From NCBI GenBank assembly GCA_046757885.1, contig JBHHZD010000001.1, positions 53,587-117,586 of the forward strand: a DNA stretch of 64,000 nucleotides. The letters run 5' to 3'. How positions within the stretch are numbered: position 1 is the first letter of the stretch; each line of letters begins with the position of its first letter. This document shows, one piece after another, positions 35,810 through 44,538 of the stretch. This DNA comes from Gemmatimonadota bacterium (GTDB lineage Bacteria > Gemmatimonadota > Gemmatimonadetes > Palauibacterales > Palauibacteraceae). A program made the position numbers and the translations under genes. The notes under the pieces are model-generated. The model saw only the letters and a program-made list of their open reading frames with translations. It did no database searches and had not been told where the DNA came from.

Positions 35810-36484
35810 ATGCCGGGATCGAATCGCCGACTCGCCCGCTGGCTCGGCGCCCTCGCGCTGCTGGGCTTCGGGGTCGGCAACGTAGTGGGACTTTTTGTCA
35901 TTCGTGCCGATTCCAACCAGGGGGACGTGCAACGGCTGATGTACGTGCACGTCCCGGCCGCGTGGCTCTCGATGCTCTCCTTCTTCGTCGTGTTCCTGAT
36001 GAGCATCCTGTATCTCGTTCAGCGGAAGCGGCGCTGGGATCAGGTCGCCGTGAGCTCGGCCGAGATCGGCGTCGTGTTCACGGCCCTCACGCTGGCCCTC
36101 GGCTCGATCTGGGGGAAGCCGACGTGGGGCGTATGGTGGACGTGGGATCCGCGCCTGACGACGACCGCGATCATGCTCGCGATCTACGTCGGCTACCTGG
36201 CGATCCGGGCCTTCGCCGAGGACCCGGACCGGCGGGCCCGCTGGTCGGCGATCGTGGGCATCGTCGGGTTCGTGAACGTCCCCATCGTCTACCTCTCCGT
36301 CGTGTGGTGGCGCACGCTCCATCAGCCGCCCTCGTCACCGCGGTCGGTGGCGCCGGAGATCCTCTTCACCCTGCTCGGGAACCTGGCCGCCTTCACCCTC
36401 GTGTACGCCTACCTCATGGTCAGGCGGGTTCGCCTGGCCGAGATGGAGCATCGACTCGAGAAGCTGGAGGCCCTTCATGGATAA
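35810..36484 (+). CDS. ccmC: Heme exporter protein CcmC
   Basis: Tryptophan-rich WWD motif [11 protein letters not shown] plus conserved His residues. Confidence 0.9.
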   Translation: MPGSNRRLARWLGALALLGFGVGNVVGLFVIRADSNQGDVQRLMYVHVPAAWLSMLSFFVVFLMSILYLVQRKRRWDQVAVSSAEIGVVFTALTLALGSIWGKPTWGVWWTWDPRLTTTAIMLAIYVGYLAIRAFAEDPDRRARWSAIVGIVGFVNVPIVYLSVVWWRTLHQPPSSPRSVAPEILFTLLGNLAAFTLVYAYLMVRRVRLAEMEHRLEKLEALHG

Positions 36485-36611
36485 CGCGAGATTCGTCATC
36501 GCCGGCTACGGGATCACCTGGGTCGTCCTCGCCTGGTATGCGCTCCGCCTGGAGCGGCGAGTGCGAGGCGCCGAGGCGGCGCTCGACGGTCGGCCGGGGG
36601 CAGAGTCATGA
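36477..36611 (+). CDS. ccmD: Heme exporter protein CcmD (44 aa). It is absent from the ORF track.
   Basis: Hand-translated [44 protein letters not shown]. It is a single-TM mini-protein between ccmC and ccmE. It overlaps the ccmC stop and the ccmE start. Confidence 0.5.
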   Translation: MDNARFVIAGYGITWVVLAWYALRLERRVRGAEAALDGRPGAES

Positions 36612-37060
36612 AGAAGACGAAGCGACTGTGGGCCGGGCTCGGCCTCGCGGCGATCGGCGGCGCGATCGCGCTCCTCGTTCTCGGGGGGTTGAAGGAGAAC
36701 GTCGTGTACTTCCTGACGCCGAGCGAGCTCGAGGCGAAGGGCGCGAGCATCTACGACACGCCGCTGCGGCTCGGAGGCCAGGTCAAGCCCGGGTCGCTGA
36801 CCTGGGATGCGGAGTCGCGTGACCTCCGCTTCGTCATCGCGGACAGCCTGGGGGAGGTGAACGTGGCCAGCGTGGGCGCGCCACCGGCCATGTTCCGCGA
36901 GGGCATCGGCGTCGTCGTCGAGGGGCGCTATCACCGGAACGGCGTGTTCGAGTCCACGAACCTGATGGTCAAGCACTCGAACGAGTACAAGCCGCCGCAC
37001 GGTGAGAAGTCCGCCAAAGAGACGTACCGAACCCTCCTGAGCCCCGACGGGGGCGAGTAG
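36608..37060 (+). CDS. ccmE: Cytochrome c-type biogenesis heme chaperone CcmE
   Basis: N-terminal TM anchor, OB-fold body, and the heme-binding His context near the C-terminus (HSNEYKPPH). Confidence 0.9.
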   Translation: MKKTKRLWAGLGLAAIGGAIALLVLGGLKENVVYFLTPSELEAKGASIYDTPLRLGGQVKPGSLTWDAESRDLRFVIADSLGEVNVASVGAPPAMFREGIGVVVEGRYHRNGVFESTNLMVKHSNEYKPPHGEKSAKETYRTLLSPDGGE

Positions 37061-37068
37061 GCGCCGCC

Positions 37069-39090
37069 GTGGTCAGCACGATCGGCCTCGCCGCCGTCCT
37101 CGCCGCCGTCATCGGTGCCGCCGTCGTGGCGGTGACCGGGATCGCGGCGGGCTTTCGCCGGAGGGACGACCTCCTCACGGCCGCCCGGTACGGGACGTAC
37201 TTCGTCCTCGCGGCGATGACCGCCGCGCTCGTGGCGATGGAGGTCGCGCTCCTCGGCCACGACTTCAGCGTGGACTACGTCGCCCGCGTCGGAAGCCGCG
37301 CGACGCCGGCGTACTACACCGCGATCTCCCTGTGGAGCAGCCTGGACGGCTCCATCCTGTTCTGGGGCTGGATCCTCGCCGCGTACGCCGCGCTCGTCGT
37401 GTTCGTGCACCGGAAATCGCGCTCCCGGCTCGCCCCGTTCGCGCATGGCGTGATGATGCTGGTCGGCCTGTTCTTCTTCGGGCTTCTCGCCGGACCGGCG
37501 GACCCGTTCGGTCGGGTGTTTCCCGTGCCCCTCGATGGCCCGGGACCGAACCCCCTGCTTCAGAATCACCCGCTGATGGGCCTGCACCCGCCGATGCTGT
37601 ACTTCGGCTACGTGGGCCTGGCCGTGCCCTTCTCGTTCGCCGTCGCCGCTCTCCTGAGCGGGAAGCTGGACGAGGAGTGGATCCGGACGACCCGGCGGTG
37701 GACCGTGGCGCCGTGGGCCTTCCTGTCCGTCGGCATCGTGGCCGGCGCGTGGTGGTCCTACGAGGTGCTCGGCTGGGGCGGGTACTGGGCCTGGGACCCG
37801 GTGGAGAACGCGTCCTTCCTCCCGTGGCTCACGGCGACCGCCTTCCTGCACTCCGTCATGGTCCAGGAGCGCCGCGGGATGCTCAAGACGTGGAACCTGA
37901 GCCTGGTCATCGGGACGTTCCTGCTCACGCTGTTCGGCACGTTCCTGACCCGGTCCGGGATCCTGGACTCGGTCCATGCCTTCACCGAGGGCATCATCGG
38001 CCCCCTGTTCCTGGCCTACATCTCGTTCTGGGTCCTCGTCTCCCTCGTCCTCATCGCGTGGCGGAGCCGGGACCTGCACGCCCCCGGCTCGCTGGGCGGC
38101 TTCGTGTCGCGAGAGAGCGCGTTCATCGTGAACAACCTCCTGTTCGTGGCGTTCACGTTCACGGTCCTCCTCGGGACGACGTTCCCCCTGATCGTCGAGG
38201 CCATGAACGGCGAGCGCGTCAGCGTGGGCCCCCCGTACTTCAACATGGTCACCGTGCCCATCGGCCTCGCGCTCCTGTTCCTGATGGGAGTCGGGCCGGC
38301 CTTGCCGTGGCGGCGCGCGACGGGTGAGCGTTTGCGGCGAACGTTCTGGCTCCCGGCGGCGGCGGGCCTGCTCACGCTGCTCGTGCCCCTCGCGCTCGGC
38401 GTGCGGCGGGTCTATCCGCTCGTGACCTTCGCGTTCGCCGGCTTCGTGATGGCCACGATCGCGGAGGAGTTCCGCAAGGGCATATCCGCGAGGCGCCGGA
38501 TCACGGGCGCGTCCCGGCTGCGCGCTCTGGGGCAGATCCTCATCCGGAACAACCGCCGGTACGGCGGCTACACCGTCCACGCGGGCATCGTGGTCGTCAT
38601 CGTCGCCCTCTCGATCTCGGGAACCTGGCGGTTCGAGCGTGAGGTTACGCTCGGGAAGGGTGAGGAGATGGTCGTCGGCGACTACGGCGTGCGGTTCGCC
38701 GAGCTGTGGGGACGCGAGGAGGCACAGCGGGTCGTGGTCGGCGGCACGTTCGAGATCTTCCATCGCGGAGACCCGGTGGGCCGGCTTCAGCCCCGCATGA
38801 ACTTCTATCCGAGCTCGCAGCAGCCGATCGCGACGCCCGCCGTCCGATCCTCCCTGCGCGAGGACCTGTACTTGACGCTGATGGCGTTCGATGAGGAAAC
38901 GGGCAATCACGCGACCGTGCGGGCCATCGTGAACCCCGCCGTGCCCTGGCTGTGGATCGGGGGCATGATCGTGGCCATCGGCGCCATCCTCGCCCTCATC
39001 CCGCAGACCGGAGGGCGCCGGCCGCCGACCCGCGAGCCGGCCGCGGCTCCGTCGCCGTCCGCCCGTGAGGAGGAGCCGGCCGTCGCATGA
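37069..39090 (+). CDS. ccmF: Cytochrome c-type biogenesis protein CcmF (heme lyase subunit)
   Basis: 673 aa polytopic protein with a WWD-like motif (YWAWDPVEN). Its length and order are CcmF-typical. Confidence 0.9.
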   Translation: MVSTIGLAAVLAAVIGAAVVAVTGIAAGFRRRDDLLTAARYGTYFVLAAMTAALVAMEVALLGHDFSVDYVARVGSRATPAYYTAISLWSSLDGSILFWGWILAAYAALVVFVHRKSRSRLAPFAHGVMMLVGLFFFGLLAGPADPFGRVFPVPLDGPGPNPLLQNHPLMGLHPPMLYFGYVGLAVPFSFAVAALLSGKLDEEWIRTTRRWTVAPWAFLSVGIVAGAWWSYEVLGWGGYWAWDPVENASFLPWLTATAFLHSVMVQERRGMLKTWNLSLVIGTFLLTLFGTFLTRSGILDSVHAFTEGIIGPLFLAYISFWVLVSLVLIAWRSRDLHAPGSLGGFVSRESAFIVNNLLFVAFTFTVLLGTTFPLIVEAMNGERVSVGPPYFNMVTVPIGLALLFLMGVGPALPWRRATGERLRRTFWLPAAAGLLTLLVPLALGVRRVYPLVTFAFAGFVMATIAEEFRKGISARRRITGASRLRALGQILIRNNRRYGGYTVHAGIVVVIVALSISGTWRFEREVTLGKGEEMVVGDYGVRFAELWGREEAQRVVVGGTFEIFHRGDPVGRLQPRMNFYPSSQQPIATPAVRSSLREDLYLTLMAFDEETGNHATVRAIVNPAVPWLWIGGMIVAIGAILALIPQTGGRRPPTREPAAAPSPSAREEEPAVA

Positions 39091-39677
39091 GAGGCAAGCT
39101 GCGCTGGCTATTGCCCCTGGTCGCGATCCCCTTCCTGGGCCTCCTCGCGTACGGGCTCGGGCGGGACACCTACGTGCTGCCGAGCCCGCTCGTCAGCGAG
39201 GCCGCGCCGCCGTTCCGGCTCGAGACGCTGGACGGGGACTCCCTGGCCCTGGCGGACTTCGAAGGTCGCATCGTCCTGCTGAACTTCTGGGCCTCCTGGT
39301 GCCTCCCCTGCCGGGAGGAGCACGGGGTCCTGCTCCGGACAGCGCAGACGTGGCCGGACTCGGAGGTCGCGGTCGTGGGCGTCGTCTACCAGGACAGCCG
39401 GGAGAACGCCGCGCGATTCCTGCGCGAGATGGGCGGCGGATGGACCCAGCTCCTGGATCCGAGCACGCGCGTCGGGATCGACTACGGCGTGTACGGCGTC
39501 CCCGAGACCTTCTTCCTGAATCCGAAGGGCGAGATCAGCTTCAAGCAGGTGGGCCCCGTGACCTGGGATCTCGTGCGGACGAAGGTGGACTCGCTCCTGG
39601 CCGCCGGGTCGGGCCCCGTCCCGGCGACCCTCCCCGACCCGGACGCGGCCGAGGCTTCCGCGGGAGGAAGCTCGTGA
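39087..39677 (+). CDS. ccmG: Thiol:disulfide interchange protein CcmG/DsbE
   Basis: TM anchor plus thioredoxin fold with WASWCLPC and the GVPETF motif. Confidence 0.85.
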   Translation: MRGKLRWLLPLVAIPFLGLLAYGLGRDTYVLPSPLVSEAAPPFRLETLDGDSLALADFEGRIVLLNFWASWCLPCREEHGVLLRTAQTWPDSEVAVVGVVYQDSRENAARFLREMGGGWTQLLDPSTRVGIDYGVYGVPETFFLNPKGEISFKQVGPVTWDLVRTKVDSLLAAGSGPVPATLPDPDAAEASAGGSS

Positions 39678-40201
39678 GGCGGCGGCTCGGCGGCGCGCTC
39701 GCGGCCGGGCTAGTCGCGTCGGCGGGAAGCCCGGCGACGGCCGTCGCCGCGGCTCTCCAGGAGTCCGACTCCGCGGCCACGATCGCCGCCGACGCGGCGA
39801 CGTCCCGGGAGGCGGCGGCCGTGGACGCCCGCGCGGCCGAGATCGCGGCCGAGCTCCGGTGCCTCGTCTGCCGGGGACAGTCCGTGCTCGAGTCTTCCTC
39901 CGAGCTCGCCCGGCAGATGCACGCGCTCATCCGGGAGCAGGTCGCCGAGGGAAAATCGGAGGAAGAGATCAAGGCCTACTTCGTGAGCCGCTACGGCGAG
40001 TGGGTGCTTCTCCAGCCTCCGGCCCGCGGCGTGAATCTGCTCGTGTACGGCCTGCCGCTTGCCGCGATCGTCGGAGGCGCCATCTTCCTGCGCGGACGCT
40101 TCCGCCGCTGGACGGGAGGGGGAGAAGGAGCGGACGCGGAGCCGGCGGAGTTCTCGGAGCGGGACGAGGAGTGGTTGCGCGAGGAGCTCAGAAAGGTTTG
40201 A
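39674..40201 (+). CDS. ccmH: Cytochrome c-type biogenesis protein CcmH
   Basis: LRCLVCRGQS (LRCxxC) motif. The GTG start overlaps the ccmG stop. Confidence 0.75.
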   Translation: MRRRLGGALAAGLVASAGSPATAVAAALQESDSAATIAADAATSREAAAVDARAAEIAAELRCLVCRGQSVLESSSELARQMHALIREQVAEGKSEEEIKAYFVSRYGEWVLLQPPARGVNLLVYGLPLAAIVGGAIFLRGRFRRWTGGGEGADAEPAEFSERDEEWLREELRKV

Positions 40202-40256
40202 GTGGAACACCAGGTCTGATTCGGCATATCATGGGCTCGCCGCGAGGCGGTACGAG

Positions 40257-41156
40257 ATGATGAAAACGAGACGACGAGGGACGCGAGGAGCCATGTTCTT
40301 CGATGCACGCGCGCTGGATTCGTTCGACCAGTACCTTCAGGATGTCGAGCGCTATCCGCTCATCGATGATCCGGCCGAGGAGCGAGAGATCGCGCGCCGG
40401 GCCCGTCGAGGCGATCGGCAGGCCGCCGAGCGTCTCGTGACGGCGAACCTGCGCTTCGTCATCTCCTACGTGAAGAAGTACCAGGGCCGGGGCCTGAACC
40501 TGGCGGAGCTCGTCTGCATCGGAAACGAGGGTCTCCTCAAGGCCGTGAAGAAGTTCGATCCGGACAAGGGCGTGAAGTTCATCTCCTACGCCGTGTGGTG
40601 GATCCGGCAGACGGTGCTCCAGGCGCTCGCGGAGCAGACGCGCTCCGTACGGATCCCGCTGAACCAGAACTCCAACCTCGTGAAGCTGTCCCGCACGGAG
40701 ACCGCCCTCACGCAGAAGCTGGGCCGGTCGCCGACGGACCGGGAGATCGCGGAGGAGATGAAGGAGCCGGTGGAGACCGTGCGCGCCCTCCGGCGCGTGG
40801 CGTCCGCCGAGCTGAGCCTCGACGCGCCGCTCGACAAGTCCGACCGCGACAGCGCCTCCTTCGGCGAGCGGTTCTCCGGGGCCGAGGAGGGCGACATCGA
40901 GGTCGACGTCGAGGCCCAGGCGCGGCGGGAGTTCCTCGAGAAGATGTTCGAGTCCTACCTGACGGAACGGGAGCGGAAGATCCTGGTCCTGTACTACGGG
41001 CTGGACGACGGCGAGGAGATGACGCTCGAGCAGATCGGCGAGCTTCTCGGCGTCACGCGGGAGCGCATCCGGCAGATCCGGAACCGGGCGTTCGACAAGC
41101 TGCGCAGCTCACAGCACGGGTCCGCCCTCGAAGGCTTCTGGCGCGCCTCCGCCTGA
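40257..41156 (+). CDS. RNA polymerase sigma factor, sigma-70 family, RpoD-like short form lacking region 1.1
   Basis: Regions 2 to 4 are near-identical in pattern to RpoD (LVTANLRFVISYVKKY..., FISYAVWWIRQTV, region 4 LEQIGELLGVTRERIRQI). It is about 299 aa with no region 1.1 or non-conserved spacer. The alternative start is MFFDARAL at 40293. Confidence 0.85.
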   Translation: MMKTRRRGTRGAMFFDARALDSFDQYLQDVERYPLIDDPAEEREIARRARRGDRQAAERLVTANLRFVISYVKKYQGRGLNLAELVCIGNEGLLKAVKKFDPDKGVKFISYAVWWIRQTVLQALAEQTRSVRIPLNQNSNLVKLSRTETALTQKLGRSPTDREIAEEMKEPVETVRALRRVASAELSLDAPLDKSDRDSASFGERFSGAEEGDIEVDVEAQARREFLEKMFESYLTERERKILVLYYGLDDGEEMTLEQIGELLGVTRERIRQIRNRAFDKLRSSQHGSALEGFWRASA

Positions 41157-41576
41157 GGTCCGGCGCCACGGCGCCACGAGCACGAAGATCGCCACCGTGA
41201 GGGCCGCGCTTCCCACGCACCAGCGGCAGATCGCGTGGAGGACGAAGAGCTCCACGGCCGTCAGGTAGACCGAGAACCCGAGCCCGGCGGCCGCGAGCCC
41301 GCCGAGCACCGGTCCGGCCGTCTTCCCGGTCACCCCACCGGACCCGAGCCTCAGCAGCGCCGCCGAGAGAACCGCTGCGTACCAGGCCGCCCCCCAGCCC
41401 GCGATGGGAATCCCCAGAAAGTAGGCGTAGCTGGATGACTGCACGTAGTCGCAGCTCCCCGAGTCGCCGCAGATGAGCTCCCCGTAGAACCCCAGCTTGT
41501 ACAGGAGGAGGTAGAGCGACAGGAACAGGCCGGCGACGGCGAGAATCGCCGCGGCGCGGAGGCGCAGTGTCGTCAC
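41109..41576 (-). CDS. Vitamin K epoxide reductase (VKOR) family membrane protein
   Basis: Four to five TM helices. It has a loop Cys pair (CGDSGSC) and an active-site CRWC in the last helix. The 3' end overlaps the convergent sigma gene by about 48 nt. Confidence 0.7.
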   Translation of the reverse strand: MTTLRLRAAAILAVAGLFLSLYLLLYKLGFYGELICGDSGSCDYVQSSSYAYFLGIPIAGWGAAWYAAVLSAALLRLGSGGVTGKTAGPVLGGLAAAGLGFSVYLTAVELFVLHAICRWCVGSAALTVAIFVLVAPWRRTSGGGAPEAFEGGPVL

Positions 41577-42322
41577 TCCGTCCCCGTCCCCCCGACGGCG
41601 GCCGACCGTGCCGCGACCTGGCGGATGGCCCGCTCGAATTCCTCGTACGAGGGAATCCGGTCCAGGCGCTGCCCGTTGATGAACAGCGTGGGCGTCCCTC
41701 GCACTCCGAGCTGGTCACCGTAGCGCCGCGACCCCATGATCTCATCCAGGTGGCGGCGCTCCTTCTGGCACGCATCGAAGGCCTCGCCGTCGAGGCCGAG
41801 GTCCCGGGCGTACCCCGAGAATCTCCGGGCCGGATTCCCCTCGCGCGCCCAGCTCTGCTGTCTCGCGTACAGGAGGTCGTGCATGGGCCAGAACGCCCCC
41901 TGCTCCTCGGCACAGCGACCCGCGATCGCGGCCGGGATCGAGTTCGGGAAGCCTCCGAGCGGGAAGTCATAGGACACCCAGCGCACGGGCCCGCCCTCGC
42001 CCGTGAAATTCTGCCGCAGCAGGATGCCGGTGAGGGCGTTGAAGTCGCGGCAGTGCGGACACTGGAAGTCCGAGAACTCCATGATCGTCACCGGGGCGTC
42101 TTCCGGACCGAGCGCCACGCCCGCCTCCGGATCCGCCTCGGCGGCGAGCTCCGCCACGCTCAGGGGCGCGACCCCGGACGTCTCCCCATCACCCCGCCGG
42201 GCCGCGAACAGCGCCACCACCCCGACCACCGCCACGCCGACGAGGACCAGATAGAACCCCTTTGCCGAGCCGCCCGACTTCGCGGAGGCTCCCCGGGCCT
42301 TTCCCTTCTGCCTGCTCGCCAC
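41573..42322 (-). CDS. DsbA-family thiol:disulfide oxidoreductase, membrane-anchored
   Basis: TM anchor (FYLVLVGVAVVGVVALF), thioredoxin fold and CPHC active site. A GTG start follows GGAGGGAGG. The track ORF is longer and R-rich. It is coupled to the VKOR gene by a 4-nt overlap. Confidence 0.75.
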   Translation of the reverse strand: MASRQKGKARGASAKSGGSAKGFYLVLVGVAVVGVVALFAARRGDGETSGVAPLSVAELAAEADPEAGVALGPEDAPVTIMEFSDFQCPHCRDFNALTGILLRQNFTGEGGPVRWVSYDFPLGGFPNSIPAAIAGRCAEEQGAFWPMHDLLYARQQSWAREGNPARRFSGYARDLGLDGEAFDACQKERRHLDEIMGSRRYGDQLGVRGTPTLFINGQRLDRIPSYEEFERAIRQVAARSAAVGGTGTE

Positions 42323-42351
42323 CGACACCTCCCTCCGTCGTTTCCTCCCGG

Positions 42352-43758
42352 TCAGCGGACGACCAGGAACACGAAGCCCGCCGCGAGGACGAGCGTCACC
42401 AGAGCCAGGATCACGAGCTGGGCCCATTCCGGCAAGCGGCGGCGGCGAAGCGCCGCGACCCGGACGAGCCGCGGCAGCAGCGCGGCCGACCACGTGCGCT
42501 CGATCTCGTCCGCCAGCTCGCTCCACGCCCTGCCATATGCCCGATCCAGCCGCTCCATCGTATTCCGCCACCCGATCGCGACCTCTCGGACGCCCCCGTC
42601 GTCCTCGCCGGGCGGCCCCGCCTCGAAGGCGGCGAGCCGCCCCAGCAGGGCCGCCTCCTGATCCTCGAGCCCGCGGAAGCGGGTCCACAGGTCCTCGAAC
42701 GGCGCCTGCATGCGAACGACGAGATCGTCCCGCCCCACGACCGTGATGCCGAACTCGCGCCGCTGGCCGGGCGTCAGGCGGCGCGTGGCCGCGAGGCGCT
42801 CCAGCTCTCCCTCGTACACCGTGACGAGCCGATCCGCCGCGCGCACGACGGCCGCCCGCGTGTCCTGCTGAAGTCCCGAGGCGTTCAGCGCCTTCACGGC
42901 TCGCGCGAGCCCCCCGGCGCTCGCCGCCGCGGACTTGCGGAGCAGGAGCGGCCCGAGGGCGATCTCGCCGACCTCCAGGAAGTGCGTCTCGAAGAAATAC
43001 GGCGGCGTGAGCGCCCGGGCCTTGAGGTCCTCGGGGAGGCGGGCCGCCGCCGCCTCCGCCGTCTCCTGCAGCGCCCCCGCGGCCACCGAGAACTCGGGGA
43101 GCTCCGCCGGCGTCGGCCGGTCCACCTCGCCGCGGGAGAACAGCTCGAGGGGCGCGTCTCCCGAGCGCACGGCGGGCCGCGACCGGGCGACCTTCAGCAG
43201 GGCTCCGATCTCCTCGGGGAAGAGATAACGAAGCGTGATCGCGAGGCCGGGGCCGCCGAGCGCCACCACGTCTCCGCCGCTCCCGGATCCCCCTCCGCTC
43301 CGCCGCTCGGCCCGCTCGACCGGCCACGCGATGCGCCACGCGTGCCGGCCCGAGACGAGGTGCAGGGCGCGCCTCGTGGCCGCGGCCACGCACAGGCCCC
43401 GAACCGGATCGCCCTCGATCGTGCCCGAGACGGCGCTGCCCGCCGCGAACAGGACGCCCTCGTGGCCGAGCTGCCGGAGGAGGCGGCGCAGGCTGGCGGT
43501 CTGGTCGATCCGCTCCTCCACCAGGCCCGCGAGGCCGTCGATCTGCGTGTCCCGGCCGCTCAACGCGACGCTCGCGTCGGGAGAGAACAGGAGGAGGAGG
43601 CCGGCCCGCCGCGTGACCCAGAAGAGCGACTCGAATTGGAGCTCTGCCCCGTCCAGAGCGAGGCCCTCCGGCCGCACTTCCACCTCAGCATTCCGCCGAA
43701 CGCCGCGGCCCTCCACGAACACGTCGAGGGTGTAGCTCCGGGTCGCCGCCCCGGTCAC
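42352..43758 (-). CDS. Hypothetical tail-anchored membrane protein (~468 aa) with two N-terminal PH/GRAM-like domains
   Basis: The GTG start overlaps the HAD gene stop (GTGA). YTLDVFVEGRGVRRNAEVEVRPEGLALDG...LLLLFSPDASVALSGRD and a second similar repeat fit bacterial-PH patterns. GGGSGSGG is a linker. A long helical region follows. The C-terminal TM is LPEWAQLVILALVTLVLAAGFVFLVVR. Confidence 0.5.
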   Translation of the reverse strand: MTGAATRSYTLDVFVEGRGVRRNAEVEVRPEGLALDGAELQFESLFWVTRRAGLLLLFSPDASVALSGRDTQIDGLAGLVEERIDQTASLRRLLRQLGHEGVLFAAGSAVSGTIEGDPVRGLCVAAATRRALHLVSGRHAWRIAWPVERAERRSGGGSGSGGDVVALGGPGLAITLRYLFPEEIGALLKVARSRPAVRSGDAPLELFSRGEVDRPTPAELPEFSVAAGALQETAEAAAARLPEDLKARALTPPYFFETHFLEVGEIALGPLLLRKSAAASAGGLARAVKALNASGLQQDTRAAVVRAADRLVTVYEGELERLAATRRLTPGQRREFGITVVGRDDLVVRMQAPFEDLWTRFRGLEDQEAALLGRLAAFEAGPPGEDDGGVREVAIGWRNTMERLDRAYGRAWSELADEIERTWSAALLPRLVRVAALRRRRLPEWAQLVILALVTLVLAAGFVFLVVR

Positions 43759-44453
43759 GGCGTCCCTCCCAGGATCGCCCGCGCCGCCCGCCCGTCGGCC
43801 AGGTCCGGGAGAACGTCGTCCGGCGCGTGCTCGCGGAGCTCCTCGAGCCCGTACCGCCCCGTGGCCACGGCGAGGACCCGGGCGCCGCACGCACGCGCGC
43901 ACCTGATGTCCTCGGGCGTATCGCCGATGACGACGCAGTCCTCGATGCCCAGCCGCCGGTCGAATCCCTCCGCCGCCCGCGCGAGCGCGAGCGGCGGCAG
44001 GTCTTCCCGGAGCTCCGAGTCCGAGCCGAAGGCGCCGAAGCGGAAATGCCCGTCGAGACCGCAGGCGCCGAGCTTGCGCCACGCCCCCCCCTCCACGTTC
44101 CCCGTGACGAGCCCGAGCACGACGTCGTCGCGGGCGCCCAGGTCCTCCAGGAGCGCGGGGATGCCCGCGCACGCCGCCAGCTCTCCGTTCCGTCTCTCCA
44201 GCTCGCGCTCGAGCTCCCGGCAGTACGGCCCCCACAGGCCCGGCAGGCGGGCGTCGATCCAGCCGTCCGTCTTCCCCGTGGATCGCAGGAGACCCCGCAC
44301 GATGGCCGGATCCGTGCGCCCGTCGAAGTCGAAGTCGTCGAGAGGCCCCGTCTCCCCGAACACGGCCAGCATCGCCCGGCGCAGGGCCGAGCGTCCCGCG
44401 CCCGCCGTCTTCAGCAGCGTGCCGTCGATGTCGAAGAGAAGCAGCCTCGCCAC
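43755..44453 (-). CDS. HAD-superfamily hydrolase (phosphoglycolate-phosphatase-like)
   Basis: Motif I is LLLFDIDGTL. Motif II is GLVTGN. Motif IV is VVIGDTPEDI. Confidence 0.75.
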   Translation of the reverse strand: MARLLLFDIDGTLLKTAGAGRSALRRAMLAVFGETGPLDDFDFDGRTDPAIVRGLLRSTGKTDGWIDARLPGLWGPYCRELERELERRNGELAACAGIPALLEDLGARDDVVLGLVTGNVEGGAWRKLGACGLDGHFRFGAFGSDSELREDLPPLALARAAEGFDRRLGIEDCVVIGDTPEDIRCARACGARVLAVATGRYGLEELREHAPDDVLPDLADGRAARAILGGTP

Positions 44454-44538
44454 GTCATCCCTCGTGCTCGCTCCCCGGGCCGCCGGGTCGGCGGCCTCGG
44501 CGCCCGCGACCCCGCGCCGCGGACGGCCGGGGGGGAAA

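Noticed and set aside
34804-38910. Long alternative-frame ORFs across the ccm operon (34804..36822 +, 34946..36322 -, 36931..38910 -)
   Set aside because: They conflict with the motif-bearing ccmA-F genes and have a low-complexity charged composition.
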